A DNA stretch of 64,000 nt from Lama guanicoe (lineage: Eukaryota). Positions 46,896 through 58,745 of the stretch are shown here, in pieces. The stretch is taken from contig MU053934.1 in NCBI GenBank assembly GCA_013239625.1, forward strand, positions 9,011,352 through 9,075,351, given 5' to 3'. The translations under genes were made by a program, and so were the position numbers. The notes beneath the pieces are model-generated. The model did not search any database. It was not told where the DNA came from and saw only the letters and a list, made by a program, of their open reading frames with translations. The number at the start of each line of letters is the position of its first letter. Position 1 is the first letter of the stretch.

Positions 46896-49732
46896 TGTCT
46901 CCTACATAGTTTCTCCACACACTTTCTAAAAAAAAGTCATGCTTAAGTGATAAAACTAAATACACAATTGTACCTACACCATGATTTCAGCTGTAAAAAT
47001 CCTTCCTGCCACCGAACAAGAACTAGAGGGGAAGATGGGAAGATCAGCCCAGTGGGGGACGGTGGTGGGCTGTCTGCTTTTCTTGGGCTTCTGATTCAAC
47101 ATGATTAACGTGGTTTATAGGATTTTCAGAAATGTCCTTTTGGAAATTCAGGTGTGGCTGTGCAGCTGCACCTGAGGTCAGCTTGCAAGATAGTGTCCCA
47201 GGTTCCTGTAAGTGGGCCACTGCCCCCAACAACGTCCACGCATTCTCTGTTGGAGACTCCACACTCCTCGTCTGGCCCCTGTCTTTCTCCTCACTGAGAC
47301 TCTTAGAGAAGTTAGGGGGAATTCACCTCATTGGCCCGTTCTCGGGTGCTCTGGTGAGCTGAGCCCCAGGCTGGGGGCAGGAGAGCTGGGGGAGGGGAGC
47401 AGCAGGCTCCGCCCTCAGTGGCTGCAGGACACCTGGTAAACCCTTGGCCTTCCTGAGCCTCAGCTTCTCCATCTGTCAAGTGGACACAATAGCTCTATGT
47501 CACAGGGTTGCTGAGGACTCAGGGCCGTGCTGTGTGCGGCTGGCCAGAGCTTGGCTAAGTCGACATTTGAGCCATGGGGTCCACGGGTGTGAGTGGACAG
47601 CGGCTGCAGGGGCTCAGGCCACTGATGGAGGATCACATGCGTGGGCCACAGCATGCTGGGGCGATCTGATCAGACACATTCACAAGCAGTCCTCTCTGCT
47701 CAGGCCCTGTGCTCCCACGGGATGCTAGACATGGGGGATCACAGGAATGTGTGCTTGCTCCTGAGCGGGGGTCCCTGGGGTGTGCAGAGGGCAGCCCCAC
47801 CCAGTGGGGAGAGAGATGGGCAAGGGGTCGGTGCCCAGGCAGGCTGGCGTGCACGAGACCCAGGGGGGATGCCCCGTGGACACCGCGAGGAGGGCTGGGG
47901 TGGAGGAGGCCTACACCCCACCAGGCCCACAGACCACTCAACCTTACCCAACGTCCAACCCCGAAATTCCAGAGGGAGTTAAAGGCGTTTGGTGGTCTGA
48001 AGCACCAGAGCGCGTAAAGCATGCTCACAAACAAAGTCAGCCTCGTAAACTGGGAAATCCGAGACACAGGCTGACTTTTTCCTGTGTCAGGGTAAACACC
48101 ACACTTTTCATGTTAGGACTGAAACTAAAAGCACAGATAAGGTCAGAGCCCCCTGTGGTAGTGAGATGCACTTAGATGTTCATCTCGGATCCTGAAGCTT
48201 CTGTCTGTCATCAGGGCAGGTTGGACGGCAGGGCTGCGGGGTCCCACCCCCTCGTTACACTGCTACTGAGACAGTCCGGATGCTTGGGGTACACTCTGAA
48301 GGGTGAGGATGGATTTGCCGGGAGAAGAAGGGCTTGTGGGGGAGGGAACCACAGCCTCAGGCAGAGGAAGGATATTTCATGACCGAATGGAAACTCTGTT
48401 CCTCGTAGTGTCTGCTCCAAGAGGGCAGGATGTGGTCCGTTTGGTTCATATCTGCACCTAGGACAGCACCTGGCACATAGTAGGTGCCGATAAAATACTT
48501 GTTGGGTGAATGGATGATCAAGCCATTCGCTGGGTATGCAGTACCCAGAGAGAAGAGGCTGAAGATGAAACTGAAGGAAACAGGGCAGAGTGTCCCAGGG
48601 CCTCACGTGGTGGTCTGAGGTCCTGGATGTGGTCCTGCAGACAGCGCGGAGCTGGCTGAGAGGCAGCAAGGTCCCTCTGCTATTGCCGGACTGTCCCGGG
48701 CTCTGTGGGAGGGAGCGGCCGGTGTGGAGCTGGCCGGATCCTGGGCAGTGCCATGGCCACAAACATTGCAGTCCTCCAGGACAGCCCAGGGGCTTGGCTG
48801 GGTGTCTTCCTGTAAAGCTTGTGGTGTGTAAGGCTTCTCCTGGCACCACCCACCGCAGGGCCACACCCACCGCAGCGCCACATGGCAAGAGGAGACTGGA
48901 AGCCATCCTGAGCAAAGCCAAGTTGCTCGAAGAAAGGTGAGGGGCCAGCCTGGGGAGGAAGAAGCCAGGCCTGGCCGCCAAGTGGGAGACGTCAGAGGAG
49001 GCCACCTTGTGCCCTGAGCAGAGCATGCACCTGGATGCCAGTGGACATCCAAGCCCCAGGGCCTCCCTCTGGAGAATGGCAGCTCCCAGCCCACCGGCTT
49101 CTAGGAGGCCCAGAGCTGGCGCTGTGCCAGCCCATGGCGTAGCACCTGGCCCCAGGTCGGGGCTCTGTAAAGACACACCGGCATACAGCTGGAAGCAACA
49201 CAGGAATGCCAGGCCCAGCTGGAGGGGCCAAGGCCACTCTCCAAACCTTTGCTGTTCTTTCTGCCTTGGGCGCCTCTCCCCTCCCATCTCTGCCAGCAGA
49301 GGAGCTCTGCGTCCTCTCCCCAGCTCACGTTTCAGGGTCTCCATGAAGACTTCCAAGATCAGCTCTCCCCTCCATCGTCCCCACCCCACCCCCCGCCTTC
49401 CTCTCCTCCTCCATCATAGTTAACACTTACCTTACTGGTCCCATCGCTAAGCACAGGTCTAGAAGCTTCACATACAGTATCCAATGTAATCCTCCCAACA
49501 CCAGTAACACCAGTTTGAGGGCACTGTCGACAGCCTTTTTTGTAAAGAAGCCACTGCAGCTCAGAGCAGGTGAGTGACTTGCCTCAGGTCAGCCAGCCAG
49601 CGAGGGGTGGAGGCAGCGTTTTGACAAGAGGCGGTGAGGACAAAGCTTGCTCCTAGCCATCAGGGGACACTGCCAGGTGAGACAGGGGACTGTGGTCTCT
49701 AACACCGTCCCAGACACAAGTGAACTTTTTTA

Positions 49733-50040
49733 TAAAACAGAAACATACTCTTAGACATAGAAAATAAACTTGTGGTTACCATGGGGGAAAGGGGATGGGA
49801 AGGGATAAATTGGGAGTTCGAGATTTGCAGATATGAACTACTATATATAAAATAGGTAAACAACAAGGTCCTACTTTATAGCACAGGAAGTATACTCAAA
49901 TCTGGTAGTAACCTATAATGAAAATGAAAAAGGATACGAAAAGGCATGTATGTATGTATATGTATGACTGAAACATGATGCTGTGCACCAGACACCGACA
50001 CGACATTGTAAACTGACTCTACCTCAATAAAAATAATTAA
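49733..50040 (+). mobile_element. Young L1 3' end
   Basis: AAAACAGAAACATACTCTTAGACATAGAAAATAAACTTGTGGTTACC...GGGATAAATTGGGAGTTCGAGATTTGCAG...TGTAAACTGACTCTACCTCAATAAAAA. Confidence 0.85.
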
Positions 50041-51656
50041 ACAACTCTACTGCTGCCCCTTGGCGCCCTGTGTGTACAGGAGCTGAGTTCCTTGGGAGCC
50101 AGGCCCAGGCCCCTCTTGGCCAAATGCACCACCCACTCTCCTGTTTCCCCCTTCTTTTCTTGCCCACCTGGCAAACTTCTGCTGGGCATCCCTGAGCGCC
50201 CCCCTGCTCCCTGCAACCTGCTACTTTTTAGGGCACCTTTGTTCTCCTCCAGACCACAAGCTGCTCCAGGGAGCCGGGCCCGACACCTCTGGGTCCCCAG
50301 GGCCCAGCAAAGGGCCTGGCACAGATTTGTGCTCCGTGTTTGTGGATGAACAACGCTAACCCAACGTGGACTGGTTCTGAAGTGGCCCTAGTAGTCTTGA
50401 GGGGACTAGACTGAGCATTGGTTTTTCTACTTAATTACTGTGTAATCTCAGGCAAGTCCCTGCACCCATCTGATCCTCAGTTTTTCTCATCTGTATTATG
50501 GGGGCACACTGAGGCAAAGAGAGACAAAGACACTTCATAAACTCCGGGCTGAAGGCAGGGATGATGGCTGCTCCCCAGCACAGCTCCAGGGAAGGCCCGG
50601 GGGCCTACTCCTGGCTTAGCAAAGGGAACACAGGTTTTCCTAATACGAACCCGCACGATCAAAAGATTGTTGTGTTCCTTTAGAAAACACTGCTTGCAGA
50701 GACTCCCTGTACCAACTATTTAGTTTAACAAGTTTGTTCTGGTTGCAAAGACCCCAGCGGCGCCCCTGCACCCACGCAGCTGGAACCTCTGAGGAAGGTT
50801 CAGGCCTTTAATTGGAACCATTTGTCCTTCCAGCGAGCAGCAGGTGGCTGGGCCAACTTAGAAAGAGATGCTCATTAGAGCAGTATGTGCCCTTTGACCC
50901 AGGCATCTGACTTCTGGGAATCTGTCCTAAAGAAATAATCCCAAATACGGAGAGGCTCCCGGACACATAAACGTCTCTGCAGTGTATCTTACAGCAGCAG
51001 AGAAGCTGCAGTCAGCCCGAGTGTCCGAGGCAGCAATGAGTCGCTGGTGCTTTGTTGTCCCCTCCACCCCGCGAGGACAGCTTTGGAAGCTTTGCAGCAC
51101 CTCAGAGCAAGGTCATGAGAGAATATTGATTAAGGAAATCAAGTTACAAACTCTGTACCCCGAGACGAGCTGTGTAAGCAACGCATATAAAACACTGGGA
51201 AAACGTACCCCTCGGTTCTGGCTGTGTCCAAGGAGGGAACTTGGGCCACTTTTCCCCCCTCTGTCTTCCCAGTCTTCTGCAATGTGGTTACAGTGAAAAG
51301 TATATTATAACCCTAAAAAAAAAGTCGAAGCAGAGAAACAACGGCTGGTTTTCCTGGGGAAGAGAGAGAACTTCTAACTTTGTAGAAACAAGTTCTACAG
51401 AACCACTCGTACGGCCTTTGTCAGTTTTCTCCCTCTAATGGAAAAGTCATACATGGACAGAGCAACAAATATTTAGTGCAGGAAGACCCGTAAACACCAC
51501 TGTCCTAGTGCCACTGCCTTTTTCTTCCAGTATTTCTCCATGTTTATGTATATTTCATCAGGGCCTAGTGTATATGCAATTTTAAGTTCTGCTTTCATTT
51601 TTATTTTATTTGCAAAACAAGTACCTCTGTTGCGAAAGTGTTCACAGTTTAAATTT

Positions 51657-51740
51657 GCTTTTAAGTGGAGGCACTGGAGTTGGACCCAGGACCTTGTGCG
51701 TGCTAAGGACGCACTCTACCACTGAGCCATACCCTCCCCC
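51657..51740 (-). mobile_element. tRNA-derived SINE (Vic-1-like), short-tailed
   Basis: GGAGGCACTGGAGTTGGACCCAGGACC...CTCTACCACTGAGCCATACCCTCCCCC; TSD A(C/T)AGTT(T/C)AAATTT. Confidence 0.88.
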
Positions 51741-53458
51741 ATAGTTCAAATTTTGAAGAGTTACATGATATTCCATCATGGGGACCTGCCATGTGCGGAC
51801 TTAACTCTTCTGCTATATTAGACACTGGTCGTTGTGTTTCCACTTGTGTTTGGTACATACAGCACACACAGCTGTACATACGGAACACGTAAACCTCATC
51901 ACTTGGCTTTATATCAGCAGCGGCAAATTAGAAAACGCGATGGAAAAAATATTCCATTCAGAATGACAACAATGTAGGACTAAAGAAGTAAGATGCATGA
52001 TTTGTACTTTAAAAAACTGCAAAAGCTTAATCAAAGTTGCAGATGTCAGAGAAGAAGGCGGCATGAGCTGAGCTTCATTCCCCAAAGGTGCTACCCCACT
52101 CCACCCGTTGGGCCCTCAATGCACCCACAACCCCTTTCTCTCTATGTACGAACTTGTCTTTGCTTAACCCAACAATTTCACATACAACTACAAAATTAAC
52201 GTTCCCCACCCCGACTGGAGGCAACCAAAGTCCTGTCCAGATATTACATCTGCAATGTAAGCAATCAAATGAAGGCCCCTGTTCACTGTTCACCATCTTC
52301 AGGGACCCGGCCATTCCCCTACTGGTTCTGTAACCATCCCATTGCGAGTAGTGGGAACCACCTCGGGCTGAAGGTCAATAGGAAAAAGGTTACTGAAATG
52401 GCATTGGGCAGCTCGTAGAACTAATGGGAATACCACAGACCACGCCTCAAATCTGGGACAGCCAGAGACACCTGGAGTAAAGCCAGGACTACAGGCACAT
52501 TTCAGGTCGCAAAACCAGTCAGGTAATGTCACCATGCCACTCAACACCGGACGCCACCATTCCTCTGCTCTTAGTGCCGACCCCAGGAGCTCCACGTTCT
52601 TGCTGCTGCTTCTCACTGCTCACACGATGGATTCGCCACCAACCCTGCTTCTTTCGATCACCAGCTCCCTCTACAAAATCTGAGGCAGCTATGTGAGGTT
52701 GGCTTGCCTTGGTCACAGGCCAGCATCCTGGCTCTGCGGGAGTCTGGTGTGGGAGATGTGAGGGTTTGGTTTCTGCAGTGGGAAGAAAACAGTGCCTCCC
52801 GGTGAGGCTCTTAGGTGCGGAATTCCTCAAAGATGGAGAAAGAATAGGTGCCTTTTCTAATTCCAACCCCTCTCCTGGACCTGTTGGAAATTCCAAGATC
52901 ATCATTCTGCTGTCTATGGCCAGCAACAAAAGAAACGCAAATCTGCCTTGAAACATGCAAAAACCTAAACTCAGGCAGTTCCCGTCGCCACTGCTGTGCC
53001 GGGGCGTCCAGGGACAGTCTTCCCAGAACCTCCGCAGTTAAGAGTTTCATTTTGTCAAAACGAAATCCCACGGCTTCAGCCGTGCAACGTCTCCTTTTCC
53101 TTCTTCTTTTCTTTTTTAACCACCGGAGCTCCAGTGCCTTTCATCTTTTTAACGACCACTTTTTCCCCTTATCTGCTCCTGGGACAGCCAGCTCTATTTT
53201 GTTTGTGTTGGGCGGGAGCTTTAGTCTTCAAAGAAGAGCGCAGCTCCCCAAGAACTATGTTTCCACATAAAAATAAATGATGGTGGTTTTGTTTGAATTT
53301 GCCCTGATAATTCTTCTTCTGATCTGTGGAGAATTCTGGGACAGCTGAGGTTCTATAATCCCCTGGGATGTCGTTTCTGCCCCACCTCCTTCCTTCTCTG
53401 GTCCCAACAATGTCCCAGGCCACGGCCACATGACATCTCTTCCTCACCCCTCTCTAAC

Positions 53459-53838
53459 TGTATTAGTCTGCTAGAGCTGCGTAACGAAGTACCACAGATG
53501 GGGGCTTAAACAAGGGAAACCGGTTTCCTTGTGGTTCTGGAGGTCACGAGTTCAAGATCAAGTTGCTGGCAGAGCTGGTCCCTTCTGAGACTTCTCTCTT
53601 TGGCTTGCAGACGATTGTTCTCTCTCTGTCACATGGCCTTTCCTCTTTGTATGTCTGGATCTAATCTCCCCTGCTTCTAAGGACCCCAGTCATACTGGAT
53701 TGGGACCACCCTAAGGACATCATTCTAACTTAATCCCCTCTTCCAAGTCTCTGTCTCCAAATGCAGTCACATCCTAAAGTACTGGGGGTTAAACTTCAAT
53801 TTGTGATTTTGGAGGGCAGCTCAGTTCAGCCCATAACA
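53459..53838 (-). mobile_element. MaLR solo LTR (MLT1A-like), intact TG...CA ends and 5-bp TSD
   Basis: TGTATTAGTCTGCTAGAGCTG...CAGTTCAGCCCATAACA, 380 bp, flanked by CTAAC on both sides. Confidence 0.9.
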
Positions 53839-56494
53839 CTAACCAACCACCTGCTACTGTGCTGGGCGGGCTCTGCGGGGTGGTGATGAATGTGTGGGCT
53901 CAGCACCCAGACGTGCCGTGGGTGCGTCCTGGCCCTGCTGCTGGTCCACGTGAGGCTGGCAGCTTCCTCAGTGGTCCTGCTTCCCCTGCTGTGAACTAGG
54001 GTTCGTGCGGAGGGGAGGGCACTCCTTTCTCACGCTGGCTGTGCCTGTGAAATGGGATCAAACCAGAGGGGAGCAAAGGTGCGGGAAATGCGGGAGCAAC
54101 ACCCTTGGCCATCCTGGGGGTGGTGTGGGGTGAAATAATGAGAGGGGCCCAGTCAGGGACCTTTGGTCACTTTCCAGTCACCATCTGCCCTGATGACAGG
54201 GAGCCATCGTGAGATGTGGAGGAGCCACACAGTGTGGGAGGCACGGATTCAAGAGTGTGGAGGAGAGAGATGTCTGCTGGAGGACCACGGGCACCCAGGG
54301 TTCTCCATGGTTTGTGTATGTGGCATCCTTTGGAAGCTCTCGTTTTCAGAAGCCCACTTGAAGAGATGGAACCTTTCTCCATTTGTCACCTAAGTCACCC
54401 GATTGCCCCTATGACCTTCCCGAGGAGGAGGGACACTCGGGTAGTGGAGAAGGGACCCGTGGCAGGCGGGATGGTGAGTGGGCTCAGGAGCGGAGGTGAT
54501 TGGACTGCAGCCCTGGGCCAGCTCCATGCCTGGCAGAGGGCAATGCCCGGGGAGCCTCACTGGGCACCAGCTCTGCCATCTCCCTGAGCCTTGGTCTCCC
54601 CAGCTGTCATGTGGAGTGGGCAGGGGATGCCCATCTCAGCGGAGGTGGTAATGCTGGGCACGGCTCTAACTCAAAGCTGTGCTTTCTCACCAAGCTGCCC
54701 TGCCAGTGCCAGAACCATGGCTTTCTCCAAGGATGTGCAGAACGGTCCTTGCCCTCAAGGAGCTTATGGGCTAGTGGGCAGGGAGAAAACCAACACTTCA
54801 GCAAAGAAAGAAGAGTATGAAGCAGTATAAGTGTCATAAGGGGGGTGGCATCTCGGCTGAGACCTGAAGGACAGGATGGAGCTGGCCGAGCAGAGAGCCA
54901 GGAACAGAGGGGAGGTGCTTGGTGTTCTAGGAGTCGTGCAAAGGCCAGGGGGCTGCTGCCCCCTGTGCATGAGGGATGTGGGGCCAAGATGCCCCTGGAG
55001 GGTTGGGCAGGGGCCAGGGTAGCCACTGCCCTCAGAAAACCACCCAGGGGGGCAGCAGCACATGTAGGAACCAGCAGGCCTGTCCTCCAGAGGCTGGGCA
55101 GCATCAAAGCCATCTGGTTGCTGACGTGGGGAAAAACAGTCCACATGTGCCAACAATGATCTTTCAAACAAACGGAGAGTTATTTGTTAATTGGGAGGGG
55201 GGCGACTGTTCTGCTTCTCTGAGATGAGAGAAAGCTGGACTGTCACAACGGGACATAATGAATGACTTCCTGCTTGGAGCGGAATCCAAGCGGTGCATGT
55301 CATCTCGCCCTGGACTGGGGGCCAGATGGTGGGGGGCTGCTCCGGTCCCTAATTCCCCAAATGGAACTTCTCTGAAGACCATCCCATCTTCTGCAAACTA
55401 CATGCAATGTGTTGCTCATCAAATTTCGTGATGCTTAAAGACCCAGAAGGAAAATGATTAGAATTTTAGTGCCAGAAAGAACCTCGTCTCTCCTGATAAT
55501 ATGGTACCCTTCTTTTGGTCAGAAACGAGGGACTGCACAAGTGATCATAATTTGATTTTTACTTTGGTTGCCAAGAAACTCAGAGTAAAGTTCAGGTGTA
55601 GGAACTTTATCACTCCAGGTTTCTGGTACAATGATTCCTCCCTGTCTCAACTGTTTCCTAAAAAATAAAAATTAAAAATAACATTTTCACTAGTCAAGCA
55701 CAACAATCACTTTCATTTAGCTCCCTTTTGATCTCTAGCTGCATAAGTATAGCTTTTACACAGTCCTAACTGCAGTGTGAATTGATACATTCACAATCTT
55801 GTTTTCCTTTTTTTACATAATATTGGTTCACAAAGATCATATTTCTACTTAGGCATCGTATTCAGCCTTTTCAACAATGGCACAATATTTCGTTGAATCA
55901 TTGAAAACTGACTTTGTTGACTCCAAACATACATATACTATAAATAGGCTGTTGTTGGACATTGCATCTTTTTATAGATTTTCACTGTAATAAACAATTC
56001 TGCTGTTATAAAAATAAATGGATAAAGGATATGAAAGAGAAATACAGATATGAAAAATGTTCATCCTCTGTGATGGTTAAAGATATACACTGAAACAACA
56101 AGACGGCCGTTATTTCACCTGTGGAAATAGCCCAGATTAAACAAAGACGTTCCTCAGTGCTGGAGAGGAGGTGCAGAGACCAACAGCCTGGCTCCTGTCT
56201 CTCCCGGGGGATGTGAACTAGTCTATTTCGGGGTGCAGCAACTGCTCTTCCAGGATGTCCATGCCAGGAGATGAGCCTAAAGCACATAGATTTTACTGCA
56301 GCACGATTTATCACCCTCAAATGTAAATGGTCTGAATGTCTGATAACAGGAACGTGGTTAAGTAAGCGTGCATTCAGCTTTGACAGTCTTCACTTGCTAG
56401 ATGCGTGATGCAGGTTTCTAATAAGGGGGGGACATGTTTATGCTGTAGTGCTGAGTAAAAAACAGAACCTGGGATGCAGGTGAGCCCGGGACTG

Positions 56495-56670
56495 AGAGTC
56501 AGATGGCCTGGACTCAGATTGCAGAGCTGCCAATCACTAGCCATGAGAATCTGACCAATGACCTCACCTTTCTGAGCCTCGGGTTCCCCATCTGCAGAAT
56601 GGGGGATACTGAAGCCTCCTGGGGCTGTTGTGAGTGTTGACGAAATAACATGAGCACACAATATGTTGCA
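56495..56670 (+). mobile_element. MIR SINE
   Basis: GAGTCAGATGGCCTGG...TTCTGAGCCTCGGGTTCCCCATCTGCAGAATGGGGGATA. Confidence 0.7.
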
Positions 56671-58504
56671 CAAGCTATGCTTTCTCTGGTTCTCTAACTT
56701 CTCTTCAAGGTACCCTCATCCTCCCATGGCTTAAAAACATCAAATTAATATTGGAGACTAATGAGTCTCCAACCTGCCTCTGGCTTAGAGCTTCCCACCT
56801 ATTCCACATCCAACTGCTTTTAGGACCTTCCTGTACCACCTTTGTGGGCGTCAGGACACATCATCTAAAGATGGACCAGATAACCTTCCCGAGCTGCCGG
56901 GGGTCTCTGGTGCCTCCATGCTTTTGCAGATGCCAGTCCCTCTGCCCAGGAAACCCTTCCCTCTTTACTGCTCGTCTTTCAAGGGCCGGTCCCATGTCCC
57001 TCTTCTGGGAAGCCTCCTTAACCCAGCAGGCAGTTAGCAAGCAGGCCCCTTTCCTGAGCTTTTCTGGACTCTCTGCAACCCAAACTTAGGAGGCATCCTG
57101 TGGGGAGATGAGTGTTTTGTCTGGTTTTGATTTTTAAATCTAGCATTCATTCAGAAAGGGGCACATAGCAGAAGTGAACAGCTTGAGAAATTTTCCCAGA
57201 CTGAACCCAATCTTGAAATCAATACACAGATTTAAAAATCATCCTAACTAGCTCCCCAATCCCTACCTTGTGCCACCTCCATCACTAACCCAACTGCAGG
57301 GTCATTGCTCTCCTGGCTTGTAACTTGCAGGTCATGCAGTCAGTGTTCCTCAGTGTCTGGCTCCATGGTGGCACCTGTCTGAGAGCTGTCTGTGTTGCTG
57401 CCCGGTGGTAGCACTCTCACTTTTCAGGGCTGTGTAGTGCTCCACAGTGCCCCAGTATTTCCATTCTGCTGCTGGTGTGGTTGAGCCGTTCCTAGTTGGA
57501 AGCTACTATGAACTGTGCCGCAGTGAACACTCTGGCACATGACTCTGTCTCTTGGTGCATATGACATGCATATGCCTTTCTGCTGGGTGTAAACTGGGAG
57601 TGGACTGCTGGGTCCCCTACACTTGGCTAATGGTGTTCCTATGAGTCTCACCCCATTGCTCCCCATCTTCACCTGCTTTTTGTTGTCGTTATTTTTAAAA
57701 ATAAATCTATTTATGGTCCCAACAGACTAATTCATCCTCAGTAACCACTGACTGGTTGCAGCCATAAATTCCTGCACAAAGAGGTGGCTCTCGCAGGCCC
57801 AGCTCAAAGGCTGCCTCCTTTTCGACAAAAAAGAATCTTTTTCTCTGCCCTTTGGTGTCCCGGGTTCATCCCACTCCACTGGTGTCGGGATGTTGGTGGA
57901 GCCTCTGGGCCGCCAGACCGGCGGTCCCCGGAGGGCAGAGCCAGGTCCCAGCCCGGAACATCCCTGGGGTGGGCCACCGACCCGCAGAGCTCCGGGCGAC
58001 TCGCGCCAGGGCGGTTGAGGGCGGGAAACCAGCAGACGGCGGGTTCCGGGCTTTTCTCTGGGGAGGCGTCCCGCAGAGAGATCCCGGAATGGACACTGCC
58101 TTTATCCCCCCTTCTAAAGGCGCCTTCGACCCTGGGGACCCCTCCCTGCCTGGACGCCGGGACCCTCCCCCCGCTTCCCGCGGAGTCGGGCGGAGCTAAC
58201 CTTTGATACCCAGCCCGCCCCTCCGGGCGGTGGGTGGGGAGGGGATCGGGTTTCACTGGCGCAGGGTGGGGTGTGGGGTGGTTGGTGGGGGTGCTTCCCG
58301 CCCGAAAGCGCCCCCTTCCCCGGCCCCTACCAGGGAGAAGTTTGGGGTCCCGGTTCCCACCCTGGCCGTGGGTCTGCGCGCCCCATGGAGCGGGGGTGCC
58401 GGGAGGGAGGGGGCCCGGAGGTCCCGGGCGGGGAGCGGCCGAGGGGGAAGGGAACCGGGCGCCCCGCGGCCCCGCCTCCGCCGCGCCCTCGCCTCCGCCG
58501 CGCC

Positions 58505-58745
58505 CTCCTCCGGGGCGGGATAATTGAACCGCGCGGCCGCGGTCCTGCGTTGGCTGCGGAGGCTCGGCCGGAGCTTGGAGCCCGCGCTGCACGCCGCGGC
58601 CGGGGCCGCGCCCCGCCCCCCGCGCCTTTGCCCGCTCCGCCGCCCGCCNNNNNNNNNNNNNNNNNNNNNNNNNNNNNNNNNNNNNNNNNNNNNNNNNNNN
58701 NNNNNNNNNNNNNNNNNNNNNNNNNNNNNNNNNNNNNNNNNNNNN
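58505..58745 (+). other. FBLN1: FBLN1 exon 1: 5'UTR visible (58505-58648); ATG, signal-peptide coding part and donor inferred to lie in the N gap
   Basis: CTCCTCCGGGGCGGGATAATTGAAC...GCGTTGGCTGCGGAGGCTCGGCCGGAGC.TGGAGCCCGCGC...CGCGCCTTTG resembles the human FBLN1 5'UTR as recalled. Synteny SMC1B-RIBC2-FBLN1. The sequence stops at a Kozak-like GCCCGCC just before the Ns. Confidence 0.85.
58649..58745. other. Assembly gap (97 N)
   Basis: Run of N inside the CpG island. Confidence 1.

Noticed and set aside
48211..49389. 392-aa ORF on the minus strand
   Set aside because: GC-rich stop-poor DNA; runs through an L2 3' end (~48440-48515); no recognisable domain.
58385..58400. CCCATGGAGCGG as the FBLN1 start codon
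   Set aside because: It mimics the MER start, but lies upstream of the recognisable 5'UTR and is followed by GCREGGGPE rather than a hydrophobic signal peptide.
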